Shown here one piece after another: positions 52,540 to 64,000 of a DNA stretch of 64,000 nucleotides. A program made the translations under genes and the position numbers. Origin of the DNA: Octopus sinensis (lineage: Eukaryota). The stretch covers positions 53,506,001-53,570,000 of the forward strand of contig NC_043009.1 of the NCBI RefSeq assembly GCF_006345805.1, given 5' to 3'. The first letter of the stretch is position 1, and each line of letters starts with the position of its first letter. The notes below the pieces were generated by a model. That model ran no database searches. It saw only the letters and a program-made list of their open reading frames with translations, and had not been told where the DNA came from.

Positions 52540-52923
52540 GGAAGCACTCCGTCGGTTACGACGACGAGGTTTCCGGTTGATCCGAATCAACGGAACAGCC
52601 TGCTCGTGAAATTAACGTGTAAGTGGTTGAGCACTCCACAGACACGTGTACCCTTAACGTAGTTCTCGGGGATATTCAGCGTGACACAGAGAGTGACAAG
52701 GCCGGCCCTTTGAAGTAAAGATACAACAGAAACAGGAATTAAGAGTGAGAGAAAGTTGTGGTGAAAGAGTACAGCAGGGATCACCACCATCCCCAGCCGG
52801 AGCCTCGTGGAGCTTTAGGTGTTTTCACTCAATAAACACTCACAACGCCCGGTCTGGGAATCGAAACCGCGATCCTATGACTGCGAGTCCGCTGCCCTAA
52901 CCACTGGGCCATTGCGCCTCCAC
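52540..52923 (-). mobile_element. tRNA-headed SINE family D, tail type 2, full length with 12-bp TSD
   Basis: TSD tcatttcgcatt at 52528-52539 and 52924-52935. Same head as the 47045 copy; tail ends ..cgtcgtcgtaaccgacggagtgc (RTE-like, from recall). Confidence 0.9.
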
Positions 52924-54587
52924 TCATTTCGCATTAATAGATGATACACTAGATATCTCTTTGCCAATTACCTCAAACCTTAAGGCCTTTTGCAAAATTA
53001 AGATTTTTCAACTTCAGTCCATGTTTCGTCACAGCCTGCCGTTATCGCGTTGAGTAATGCTTCAATTACAGTCATCCAGCACTTTTTTATATAACCAAAT
53101 ACTATATGATCTAAGGGGTTCTTCCTTCTTTACCACAGTAGTGTGATTTAAGTAAGATCCGGCTGTTATTTCAACGCGGACAAGTTACCACGTAATTTTA
53201 GTGTGGTTTTCTCGTCGTAGAATCGTTAATAACAATTAAAATGTTTACCCGTTGATTTGGCATTTTCGCATTTCAGTTCGAAAGTGATAAATATAACTTT
53301 CAACTATTGGCTACGGAGCCTCTACAAACAAATAAAAAAATTGCCACGATGTAGTAAAACACTGGTTTCAACATTAATGAAGAAAATTATCAGTTCTTGG
53401 TTTCGGTGCCGATGTTATTTCGTAATAAAAGAATAATTAGCATTGCAGAATTACAATGTTAATTCTTCGCTAACGTTAAATAAGTTTCCTCTAGAGTGAG
53501 TCTTTAAATTTCAAGTATTATTGAGACAAATTCATTTCCCTTGCTGACCTGTCTAATTCTATGCTTATTACCGTGTTAAACACGATGTAATTAAATTATC
53601 TTTATAGTAATACGATAATGCTGTTTATCAGAAATAGCCCAATCTGAAAGTAATTATAAAGGTTTAGAGTGGATATTAAGTCATTGAAAGGTTCAAGCCC
53701 GGGATTAATTTGTATATAGAATACATGGGACACATAGATAACAGCTGTAGACAGGATTAGCATTGCTCCTGGTAGTTGAGAATGTTTCTGAAGTTAAAAA
53801 GTCTTCTTAACTACGCATTGTTTTCTGTATTTAGTCTATGTAAAACTTGGGGAAAAATAGTAACTCTATAAGGTGAATTGTTCCTTTTATGGCGAAGCAG
53901 ACGTATCATACTTTATCCCCAACAGTTCGTCCCGAGGTGTCCTCAGAGGACTACTCCCCATTGCATTCATTCACGTTCCAAGACAATTTGAAGATGACAT
54001 AGCCCTACCCGCCCCCCAGTCTCAGATACTCTAAAAATGTCATGGAACTGCTCTTCCTCATTAGATAATGGTATAAGAAAAGAGACACGGTGATGTCAAA
54101 GAACAATCGGTTCGAGATCTCTCACAGGTTCGAACTTTGGCTGAGACCCAAACAATTAACTTGTAGTGTGGTTCAGTTCACTAGTGGTGTATTATTTGAT
54201 TTATACCGAGATTGGTGAATGTTTTGTTAAAATGAAAACCTCCGTATGTGTACCCCTGAGTGTTTGGGACTTAATATAGAACCTTATATTGCAATTCTAT
54301 TGATAACACAATATGAATGATGGGTCCAACACTGAATCTATGTATCTGTCAATGACAAAATACATGAAGTACAATATTTAAAGCACAAACAAATGGAACA
54401 AACACAACTACAACCACAGCAGGATATACTAGAAGTATATCAGAAGAAAGATTACAAGTCGAAGATAAAATACATGTCTGAGATGTCTGACCCAGAGTAG
54501 AATCTACAGAAGTAATAAAAATGCATTTCATACTCTTTCTTTCTGGTTGCAATATTGTTCTGAACATTTCTGTATTTTCAGTAGTTA

Positions 54588-54914
54588 GTTAGTTAGTTAG
54601 TTAGTTAATTTGGCTTAAAAGCAAATAGCAAGGCCATGTAGGGGGACATGGAGTTAAGTACAGGGTGGTGTTCATGTAAAGAGTTCAGGCCACTTGAGGT
54701 CCAGGGAGGCTTTGAACAAAGCGGTCGTCGGCATCTTCACCATCTCGTCTGGCAGCTTGTTCCACGGATCCGCAACCCGGACGGAGAAAGCTCCTCCCCT
54801 TCGATTGAGATGAAATCGTCGCAGGTAGAGCTTTTCGGAATGACCCCGCAGCCGACGCTCCGGAGCAGGAGTGAAGAACAGCTCTTTCGAGAGGTTACAC
54901 TTCCCGCTTATGAT
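54588..54914 (-). mobile_element. Young 5'-truncated CR1/L2-type LINE with (CTAA)n tail and 7-bp TSD
   Basis: Uninterrupted IISGKCNLSKELFF..RLRGHSEKL..FSVRVADPWNKLPDEMV..FKASLDLKWPELFT* (stop 54672-54674). TSD gtagtta at 54581-54587 and 54915-54921. High GC with CpGs retained. Confidence 0.9.
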
Positions 54915-54999
54915 GTAGTTATCGAAGAGTCCTAATTATATTGTCTGATGGTTTGTACGCTTCGCAGGAGTGAAGCAACGAGTTTCATCATTGATTTCG

Positions 55000-55340
55000 T
55001 GTCAAATAAAATACCTTTCAGCTGGGTCCATAACCATGGATATTTGCTTAATAACTTTCTTCTTTTACCTTGTTTCTAAACCGTTTTTTCAGCGAGAAAT
55101 AGTCTAACGAGGCTGGGAAGCAATGATTTCAGTCTGACAAGAGCGTGCCCGCCAGTCTTTGACAAGACGCTCATCAATAAGGTCATGGTATTTGGCTTCC
55201 TTCTATAGAAGGGAGTTGTCAAGTCTACACTCACGGAGCATAGTGAATTCGGCTTTTGTATAGAAGACACCCATCTGATTCGAGCGGCGTTACAACCACT
55301 TTTCCACAAAGGATGAGTCTACCTTTCATCCCCTCTTACA
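55000..55340 (-). mobile_element. Very old RLE-type (HERO/NeSL-like) non-LTR remnant
   Basis: KEAKYHDLIDERLVKDWRAR..TEII..GLETR*KKKVIKQIS resembles the K.KY.DL...C...GW.A...EVG C-terminal pattern. Several stops. Confidence 0.38.
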
Positions 55341-56242
55341 TCTCCCAGTCACAGTTCTGATGTGAAATAGAAAACTGTCTCTCTACAGTTCCTTTTGTCC
55401 ATTGCTTTTCGTCATATCTCTTTGCAGATGAATTATCTTGGAGATAACCAGAAGGGCATTATCACGTTTCCACGAAACCTAATCATCCTTTCCCATTACG
55501 CAAGGGTTTCCAGTCAAAGCATGCTTTAGGTTTTGAACAGTTGTTCCATCTAGAAAAAGTGAAAGAGGAAAATATTTTTTAAAAAGACGATTACGAATTG
55601 AAAAACAAGGATAACTAGAAAAATAAGTAATTTTCAGCACCAGCATCAACAGCAGCAGTAGCAGCAGCAGCAACACCACCTGGAAATCTCCATTTGCAGC
55701 GACTTCGAGGGCAACCTCCCAGTGGTGTCGGGCGTCAACGAAGAGCCATCGACTACAACAAGACGACCAAAGTTTTTTTTCCAAGGTCTGGGGTCTCCCG
55801 CCCCTAAGCCCTAGACCATCACCTAATCACCCTTACCCGTCTTGTTGCTTAACACAACAACAACAACAACAACAACAACAGCAGCAGCAGTATTAGTAGT
55901 AGTAGTAGTAGTGGAACATGAGTGAGTGCAAGGATATAAGAACCATAAGTAGTATAACAACGAAAACACGAGGACAACACCAACAACAACATACACAATA
56001 AGAATGACAGCAGAGACAGAACAAGTAGAAGAAAGAAATATAATAGCAAGAAAGAGAACGACAATAAGAGCAACAGCAAGAAAGAGAAATAAAATCTCAG
56101 TGGAGTGAGGAAGAAAAAAAAAACATGATGACATAAGAAAATAAAACATTTAAATAAGCCGTTAATTCTAAATAGAATTACTCCTCCCTCCTCACATACA
56201 CATACACATGCAGACACAAGGGAGAAAAAAATGAAACGTTAC

Positions 56243-56344
56243 CTTGAGATTTCCTAGTTTTGCTGCCACATCAGTTAAGAAAACTTCAGTAGTCTTCGGG
56301 GATATGTTGTTCTGTTCAAAAGTTTGTGACATGTCCGCCATCGC
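56243..56344 (-). CDS. Coding exon of an unidentified host gene (possible start exon MADMSQTFEQNNISPKTTEVFLTDVAAKLGNLK)
   Basis: Acceptor ttgttttctatttctcatctgcag| and donor AAG|GTAACG; 102 nt, only phase 0 open; gcgATGG Kozak context at 56341; GC higher than flanks; non-repetitive. Confidence 0.62.
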
Positions 56345-56774
56345 CTGCAGATGAGAAATAGAAAACAATTAACAAAATGGAAATAGATTCAATAGTCAAT
56401 AGTTTTCGTAATAGGATTATATTTTTTCTGACTTCAGTCTTGGTGCTTATGTTTTCATGAATAAATATGAATAAATATGAATATCTAGAATAGAAGATAC
56501 AATTTACATACATGAAAAAATATAGAATAATATGAGATATATTAGTTTTGTAAAAATATATATCACAACATATTAATTTCCATACTATTTTCATTACTTT
56601 AGTTATGAAACAAGAAGCAATGTTAAGAAAAAAACATAAAAGTGACGTTCATATATGGAATACAAGCAATATATAGAGTTGAGTCTAATTAAACAAAGTA
56701 TATAGATACATACACGACTGTGGACATGAAAGAGTTCAGCAGAATTATTCACCGGGCATATGCTCTTATGTTAC

Positions 56775-56817
56775 CTCGGAGTTTGTAAATATAACAAAAT
56801 CCGTTCTGCAATGAATC
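56775..56817 (-). other. Candidate small upstream exon (acceptor at 56817 or 56805)
   Basis: Donor GAG|GTAACA. Open frame (IHCR)TDFVIFTNSE ends in phase 0, compatible with the 56344 exon across a 430-nt intron. Confidence 0.33.
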
Positions 56818-57065
56818 CTAAATTTCTTACAAAAAAGTTTATCGATGCATCTACCTATTTAGCAATCTTTCTGCGTTTGTATATGTGTATGGATGTATTT
56901 GTGTTGGGAAATACGTGAATCGAGGTATACAGTTTAATAGATACATCTGAGCTGATCATACACAGTGATATCGCCCGGGTTATTAGATAACCGTATATTA
57001 GATAACAGTGCGGTTAACACACACCACGTGTACTTAAGAGGTGGCAGGACTATATATTCAGAGAG

Positions 57066-57121
<56 letters not shown>

Positions 57122-57211
57122 GCATTCAGACAAACAAACTGACAGATTGCTAGATATCTATCTATCTATCTGTGTGTCAGTCTGTAGAAAGATTGTCAGA
57201 GAAATAGATAA

Positions 57212-57256
<45 letters not shown>

Positions 57257-57339
57257 ATAAATAAAAATATATGCATACATACAAACATATATGTACGTAC
57301 CTATATCTACATGTATATATACATGCATATATAAATAAT

Positions 57340-57870
57340 TATACGTGAGTACAGGACAAAACAATAAGACGTAGAAACGGGAAAATAAAAAAAAACAAAA
57401 AACAAGAAAACGAAAAAACAAAAACAAGAAAGCGAAAAAAACAGTTACAGGACGTGCTACACAAGGAAAAAACCCCGTCATCAGCTGTCGCTAGTAGAGT
57501 CACGCATGTTTCGAAGGCAGAGACAGAACACTAATCCATTAGACCTTCCTGCGAGAGAATTAAAACAAAATTCCAAGCAGCGGGGAAAAATGAGTACGAA
57601 CAGGACGTAACAATAAAACTGCAAAAGTAAATATACATGTACAAAAAATACAAAAAAATACAAAACGAGAAAAATAAAAAGAGAATACGATACAGGAAAT
57701 CAACCACACAAGAGCACGAACGAAAAAGCCTTTTTTCCTGGCATAGACGAAGGATACTGTAGCAGCGCGTGGGAGGCAGTCTTTTCAGTAGTAAGAGCAA
57801 CGTGTAAAAGAAAATTTTATAGGCTGGCAGTAAGGAAGAAGGAAGGAGGAGGGGGACACGCGACACACAC
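57340..57870 (-). mobile_element. Non-coding A/T-skewed element with hammerhead-like remnants (possible pLTR)
   Basis: Minus strand has ccttc-GAAAC-atgc-GTG then CTGATGA (57478-57484) but no complete fold. Microsatellite-bounded. Confidence 0.4.
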
Positions 57871-57885
57871 ACACACACACACACC

Positions 57886-57946
<61 letters not shown>

Positions 57947-58919
57947 TAGGTAGATAGATAGATACATATATATATATGCATACATACATACATACATACA
58001 TATCAATTTATCAGTGGAAATTTAAAAGACAAAGTCTGGGCAGTGGCGTAGGAAAACCACAAACTGTAATTACAATACAAATATATCAGGCTACTAAATA
58101 TACACAAAATTTGTTCTCTGGTCTTTAAATCGAAATACACAAATATACACGCACATACACACATACAGAAGCTCCCCACATATACATATGTGTATATTTA
58201 TGCATATATATATGTATATGCATGTGTGTGAATGTTTTTGGGAGGGAAGCACATGCGTACTGATCGGAGGTTCATTTCTTATCGCGTAATCAGTTATTTG
58301 GCTGGTAATACACAGAAACGATTTGAGAATAGTTGACGGATGAGGACCGGATGGCTTATATGGATTACAAATGTGTTAACAAACCACGTTGAAACTGGTG
58401 TGGTCTTGACCTTAGGGTATTACACTCGCGATTGCAATATCTTGGTTTCTATTCCTGGGCCGAGCTGTGCTTATAGTTCTTGAGTAAAACATTTCATTTC
58501 GCGTTACCCCAGTAAATGATTACCGCTTCGGAAAACTGTCATCCCGTTCAGGATTTATATTGTGATATCGGATACTTATATGGCATGGAGTCCGTCCATG
58601 TGACTGCTAAGGCTCGAAGACAGCTATGTCCCAGGCTACTGATTTATTTACTTAAATTGCCATGTGATCAGTGGTGTAATTTTCTATGCTAAATACAAAG
58701 ATATTCAAAAATTTCAAGAGCAAGAAGTTTGGTACCATGTTGTTGTTTAACATTGTTGTGGTATTTTAAACGATGTGTGTGTGTCTGTTGTTTTTATGTG
58801 AGCAATAAGCCACAATACTTCTTTCCATTTCTAAACTGTGATAATTTCATGCAGAATAACAAAGTAATGATTGTGGCATTTCATTTATACGTTAAGTTCC
58901 AAAAATATTTGGAGAACAT

Positions 58920-59190
58920 TGTGTTCCTTCGTCGTTACATATAATGGAATATCGTTGATCACGCGCCTAGCTGAAAGTGTTGAAACCCATATTATGTATT
59001 CGCTTATTGTCAAGTGAGGCCTACCTTTTTGCTGTTGTTTAGCTTCCAATTGCTCTTTTCAAGTATAATAACGATATAAGAGCTCTCGCCCATACATTCC
59101 TTTAAATCAGCAATGTACAAGGACAAAGTGAGTCCCAACATCAAGAACCTTTGTGACCGGATAGAGGTTCCTGTCATCATTTCATCAACA
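58920..59190 (-). mobile_element. Heavily deleted CR1-like RT remnant
   Basis: SGHKGS/MLGLTLSLYIADL approximates SGVPQGSVLGP.LF.LYI.DL; RRVINDIP approximates RV.N.WN.LP. Confidence 0.33.
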
Positions 59191-60148
59191 AACACTTAGG
59201 ATTGCAGAAATTTAGGGCATGTCAGCTTTTATCGAGAGTATCTACAACAAAATGATTACCAGCCATTATGCTTTCAGTTGTTAGGGTTATTGTAGGACTA
59301 GATATCTCAAGCATATTTGTGTTTCCTTTCTAGACTATATGTTGTATTTTACAAAAAATGTGGATGCTATTTCAAATGATAGCGCAGTCATTTATTGTGG
59401 ATAAACGGTGTAAAGAAGTACTCTGAATTAGTTTCAGCCATCGCTAGTTTCACATACCATTAAATATTTATTATTAAATTACCCACGAAGATGGCGAGAG
59501 AGTAAAATTTTTAGTAGGTTTAAAAAATAATGCGTAGCGGCTGAATTCTAATACCACCGCGGAACTTAGCTTTTCACTCTCTCGAGATCGATAAAATAGA
59601 GCACTAGCCAAGGACTGTAGTGGCTGTAATTGACAAGTCACACTCCAACTGCTGGATTTGGAACACAATTTGAAGCAATTAATTAATGATTCACCGTAGG
59701 GGCGGACCATCATGAGCAGTAGCGTGACGGAAAAGTGCTTTGTGTTATTTCTTCGACCCCCTCTCAATCATTGTTATTATCTTTGCCAAAACAATTCTAG
59801 AAAATCCAAGAATCCTAGCCTAGATGTTCATACATATTGGCATTATATCAACAAATGAGATTATTGCGAGTTCAAGAGAATTAAATTGGCCTTCTGTAAG
59901 ACTAAATTAGTGTTTCATTTACATATTTCCTTATTCTCTCAACTACCATGCAATATTGTGCGGTCTCGAAAATTTTTGCATCTCAGAGACCGATGATGGA
60001 AATTATTCCGAACGTAGAAATCGTCAGGAAATTTGGGTCACTGCATAAATGTATTATTAACTAATAGGTCGCTCAAGTAGCACTAGTTGGCGATATAAGT
60101 CTTCTTTTACTTCTACAATGTAGGGAAATAATAGGTTCCAAGCTGAAT

Positions 60149-61034
60149 CAAAATGCCATCATTGAGTTCTTGACAAAGGAAGGGTGCAGTCTCTCCGATA
60201 TCGACAGAAGGTTACAGGATGTTTATGTAGAATATGTTATTGACAAAAGCGATAAGCACAGATAGATGAAGCTGAAAGATTAGGAACCTAGCATTGGAAA
60301 CACAGTGGGAAACCTTCAAGTGTGATCACTGGTATGAATTGCAAGTGAGGGGATGAACTGATTTGCGTAGACATACGCGTTTGACACCTTATTTGGAGAG
60401 AAGAACGAAAGTTTGTTTTGATCTTCAGCAAGTGCCTGAAGCCAATAAAGACACATATCTAGTGACAAGGAAAGTCCTTTGGGCATATCTTAATGATCCA
60501 AAAAAAACGAAGTCTGGCACCACGGAATGGTATTACACTCATTACACCCCTTCTCCAAGTACTAATGAGGTCAAGATCCATCGATCTGCAAAACCTGTTT
60601 CCGCAAATTCATTTGCAATCGCTCGGTAATCATTTATCAAAATTTTCTGAAACCTGTCGAGTGGTATTCTGAACGTAGAATGCGTCATTAAATTTCAGTC
60701 ACTGCATAAAAACAAAAAGAAGTCATTAGGAGAAAAATGCGAAACGAAAGATATTTTGATCTACATTTGCCAAGACAATACCCGACTACATATATTTTTG
60801 AGAACAAATTAAGAACGAGCAAATTGGTCTGGTTAGTTGCCCCCGCTCATCCTACAGCCAGATCAGGCACCCTTCGGACAGTCATCGGGGTCAAGTAATT
60901 TGATGATACAAATGAGATGAAAGCGAACGTGAAAATGGGTAAAATAGAGCGCGAGTGACAATTTTGAAAGAAGATTCAAGAGTTACGTTCAGTGAGTGCA
61001 CACATGCATTATTTTTGATGGAAACAAACTTTAA
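60149..61034 (+). mobile_element. Decayed mariner transposase
   Basis: QNAIIEFLTKEGCSLSDIDRRLQDVY (HTH start), LVTRKVLWAYLNDPK..EWY, QDNTRLH, LQPDQAP, C-terminal HTCIIFDG. Stops and deletions. Confidence 0.75.
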
Positions 61035-62908
61035 ATAGTACTATGATATAGAGGACGACATACTGCAGCAACATGTGCAATTTGAACAATCTGTGTCTGA
61101 TAATAACAAGTTATATCCCACTTTGTATTATTTTGGGTATCACCTACATGTAAAGTTAGATCGTTTTACTGTAAACATGATTCTATTAGGAATTAATTGA
61201 AACACAAAAGCATGCTGCACATTAAATGTATTGGCAAAAATACAGTACTGTACCTGCTGCTCATTAAAAGTATTGGCAAAAATACAGTATTGTATTTCTC
61301 AGTAGTTGATGACATTCCAATATTTAAGGATGCAAAACAATTTTGACTTTAAAATTTTGGATTTAAGATAACCACAATACAAGGTTTCAGAAATTTCAAA
61401 TATATTATATTACCCAAATGGTTTTGTCAGTGGGGTTGTGCAGCAATGCGATATTGTAAGCGAAATAGTATTACTCTACGCATATAACCAATAAAGTGAA
61501 TAAAAAGTTATCCCAGTTATGCATTACTTTCAGAAAAAAAACCTCATGCATTTATGAGCACACGCGTGTGAGTGATAGTTTGACAGCGCTTTGGTATATA
61601 TATTTTATGCTCATATGTATTTATAATTTTCATATATCGTTAGATATATAGAATCGAAAAAAATGTACACATATTTAAAAGACTAAAAAAATTAACATGT
61701 TATCAAGAGAATTGTTGAATTGTAAGGAAATAAGTATAATAATGTAATCTCATTTGGCTAGAGAAGAAGAAAAAGTAGATGGAGAAATGCGCATAGAACA
61801 AGAAAAACGAAGAGAGAATGTGGTATGGGGTAGGAGGAGACAGACAGGGAGGGAGAGAAAGAGACGTTATCAATTATTTCAGCTAGAATGTCGAAACTCT
61901 CAAGTTGATGAATTGTGCTTAAGAGCTAAACAATACGAATTATAAGAATATCCTCTAGAAATGTCTAATTAATCCACACTAGTTTGATTGTTGCTAAACT
62001 ATTGATTCATTATATGGCTTCTTTCCTGGTCAATAGACTTGTTAACACACAATGGTGTGGTGAATATATTAATGTACACACACACACACATACACACACA
62101 CACACACACACACGCACACATATATATATGTATATATATATATATATGTGTGTGTGTGTATATATATATGTATATATATATATGTGTGTGTATATAAAAT
62201 ATATATATAATATATATAAAGTATATATATATAAAATATATGTATATATATATATATAAAATATATATATATAAAGTATATATATATATGTATATATGAC
62301 ACACATACATAGAAATAGGTTTACATATATATATGTATAAGTAGATATATAAGTGTATGTGTGTGTGAAGCATATATATATATATATATATGTATATATT
62401 ATACATATATGTATATGGACATTTACATACTCACACACACACGTATATACATGTATGTATATGATCATTTAATGTGCACGGTTTAATGATACGGGCTATT
62501 AATACAATTTTGCTCTCAACACAAGGGTCTAGGCAGGGTTTTTATAAAACGCCTTGAGTTTCCAAACAAGCCTTCAGGCTCTGAGCATATGATTTTGTCT
62601 ATTTGCAAATCAGGACGCTGGTGTAAGAGAAATCGAGAGAGAAACAACAAAAAGATGTTACATGCTAAAATTTAACGGTTAAATAAAAAAAGGAAGAAAT
62701 AAAGTAAAAGAAAAATTGAGACATGTCCCTGCTGACCGTACCTTCATAAGTAAGCTAGTTCTTGAGTTCTTGTAGGATCGTTTAACGGAGAGCAAAGGCT
62801 ACAGGTCAGTTACTCAATCGCGATAGGGTGTGCACCCTACTTCACCAAATCAGAGGACGCCACCCAGTGTCGAATTACTGGATGGAGTTCGTTTTTTGTT
62901 GGACTCAC

Positions 62909-63200
62909 CTTAACGGAACAGCAAATTCTATATGTGTATATATATAATGTCGAACAATGTAAATGAGAGCTCAAAACCGCATTGGTGTATATCATTTCTT
63001 CATTTGTGAATTAAGGCTACCATTGGTTTTATTTTGAGGAAAGTACGAAAATATCCTAGTGTCTTAACAAATTTTCAAGCCGATCACATAAAGAAATGTG
63101 TTCGCCTCCATTTTGGAAAACAGCCACATGGGTTCTCGTAAATTCGCGTGAATAAAACAATGGCTCAATAAATCAAATGACGTATTTTGTTAATATTCGG
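62909..63200 (-). promoter_or_regulatory. Candidate promoter/first exon of the minus-strand host gene
   Basis: Consensus donor AAG|GTGAGT at 62909/62908; local CpG retention (62760-63250); YY1-like AAAATGGAGGC on the minus strand near 63105-63116; TGACGT near 63178. Confidence 0.33.
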
Positions 63201-63318
63201 ATGTTTATCTCCCTTGGATTCGTCTTTTGGGCAAATATTTGCGTGGCAAATTTCTTTACATTATTTGGTTTTGTTCAGGGCATAGTGTTTTTACGCTTGT
63301 GTGCTGAGGCATATTTCT

Positions 63319-63830
63319 TCATTGTGGGTTATATGTGTTCCTTTTTAGGAGTGGGGCTATGCTAGTGGAGTTACCTTCGTGGATAGGGTCTTTTCTTTGA
63401 AATATTTGAGTGTAAATCATTCTTTGTGTATTTAGGATGTTATTTATTGATTGAAAAATGTTTAATTTTTCAGTAATGCAGAGTTCACAATTGATACCCC
63501 GTCCTCTGAACATTTTGGCTATAGCAATAATTTTCCATTCTATCAGGAGGTTGCTTCTTCCAAATTCTTTCAATGTCCATATCATATTTGACGGGGAAGA
63601 TGCATGTTCTGTTCTTTTGTTTTTGTCTCTCAATGACGCCAGATGCTGTGTATACCTTCCCTTAAACGAGTTGCCAGTCATTCTGATAAACGTCTTTGCC
63701 AATCCATTGGGGTCGGTGATCTTGGCCTTGTATACCAGTTCTTTCACGATACAGTCGTTGTTTAGAGGGCAGTGGTTTGGAGAGCTACAGTTGCATTGTC
63801 TTTTGTGGCTGTTTCTGGTGTGATTCTGTT
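63319..63830 (-). mobile_element. Penelope-like GIY-YIG endonuclease fragment with open frame, 5'-truncated at a microsatellite
   Basis: CNCSSPNHCPLNNDCIVKELVYKAKI..TFIRMTGNSFKGRYTQH..IWTLK..IEWKII..CELCITEKLNI..ILN. Catalytic R, E and N retained; YIG has become FIR. Confidence 0.85.
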
Positions 63831-64000
63831 TATATATATACACACACACATAAGTATATATAAGCAAATGTATGTATGTCTATGTTTGTATGTAAGTATG
63901 TATGTATGTATGTATCTATCTGTCACTCTCTCACTGTGTCTATATATCTCTGTATACATGCATATATACATGCATACATATACGCACACACACACACAGA

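Noticed and set aside
53920-54570. SRGVLRG..FEDDIAL and CLRC..H..C hints of an ancient LINE
   Set aside because: Motif spacing is collapsed and similarity too low to call without a profile search.

Overview
AT-rich, microsatellite-dense eukaryotic DNA with no rRNA, no true tRNA gene, no CRISPR and no complete host CDS. The repeat landscape (tRNA-headed SINEs with RTE-like tails, R4/Dong, CR1, Penelope-like and Tc1/mariner relics amid (TA)n, (AAT)n, (GAA)n, (ATCT)n) resembles an octopus-like cephalopod genome; this is inference. Almost all ORF-track entries are microsatellite artefacts. Recognisable content: four Tc1/mariner-superfamily relics (mariner at 4.0-5.2 kb and 60-61 kb, maT/rosa-like at 5.9-6.9 kb, Tc1 at 14.4-15.0 kb); a full-length but dead Chapaev3-type (RAG1/Transib-related) transposon with TIRs and TAA TSD (37464-39609); three different Penelope-like GIY-YIG fragments; two R4/Dong RLE-LINE fragments; CR1-type 3' ends; and about 15 SINE copies, several nested with clear TSDs. 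The most unusual signal is a set of at least seven type-I minimal hammerhead-ribozyme motifs in short non-coding, (TA)n-embedded elements. One of these is a 166-bp near-perfect palindrome carrying a hammerhead on each strand (51148-51313), with a second, decayed copy at 44.5 kb. A host gene probably runs on the minus strand: one convincing 102-nt exon at 56243-56344, weaker candidates at 56.8 kb and 39.7 kb, and a possible first exon/promoter at about 62.9-63.2 kb.
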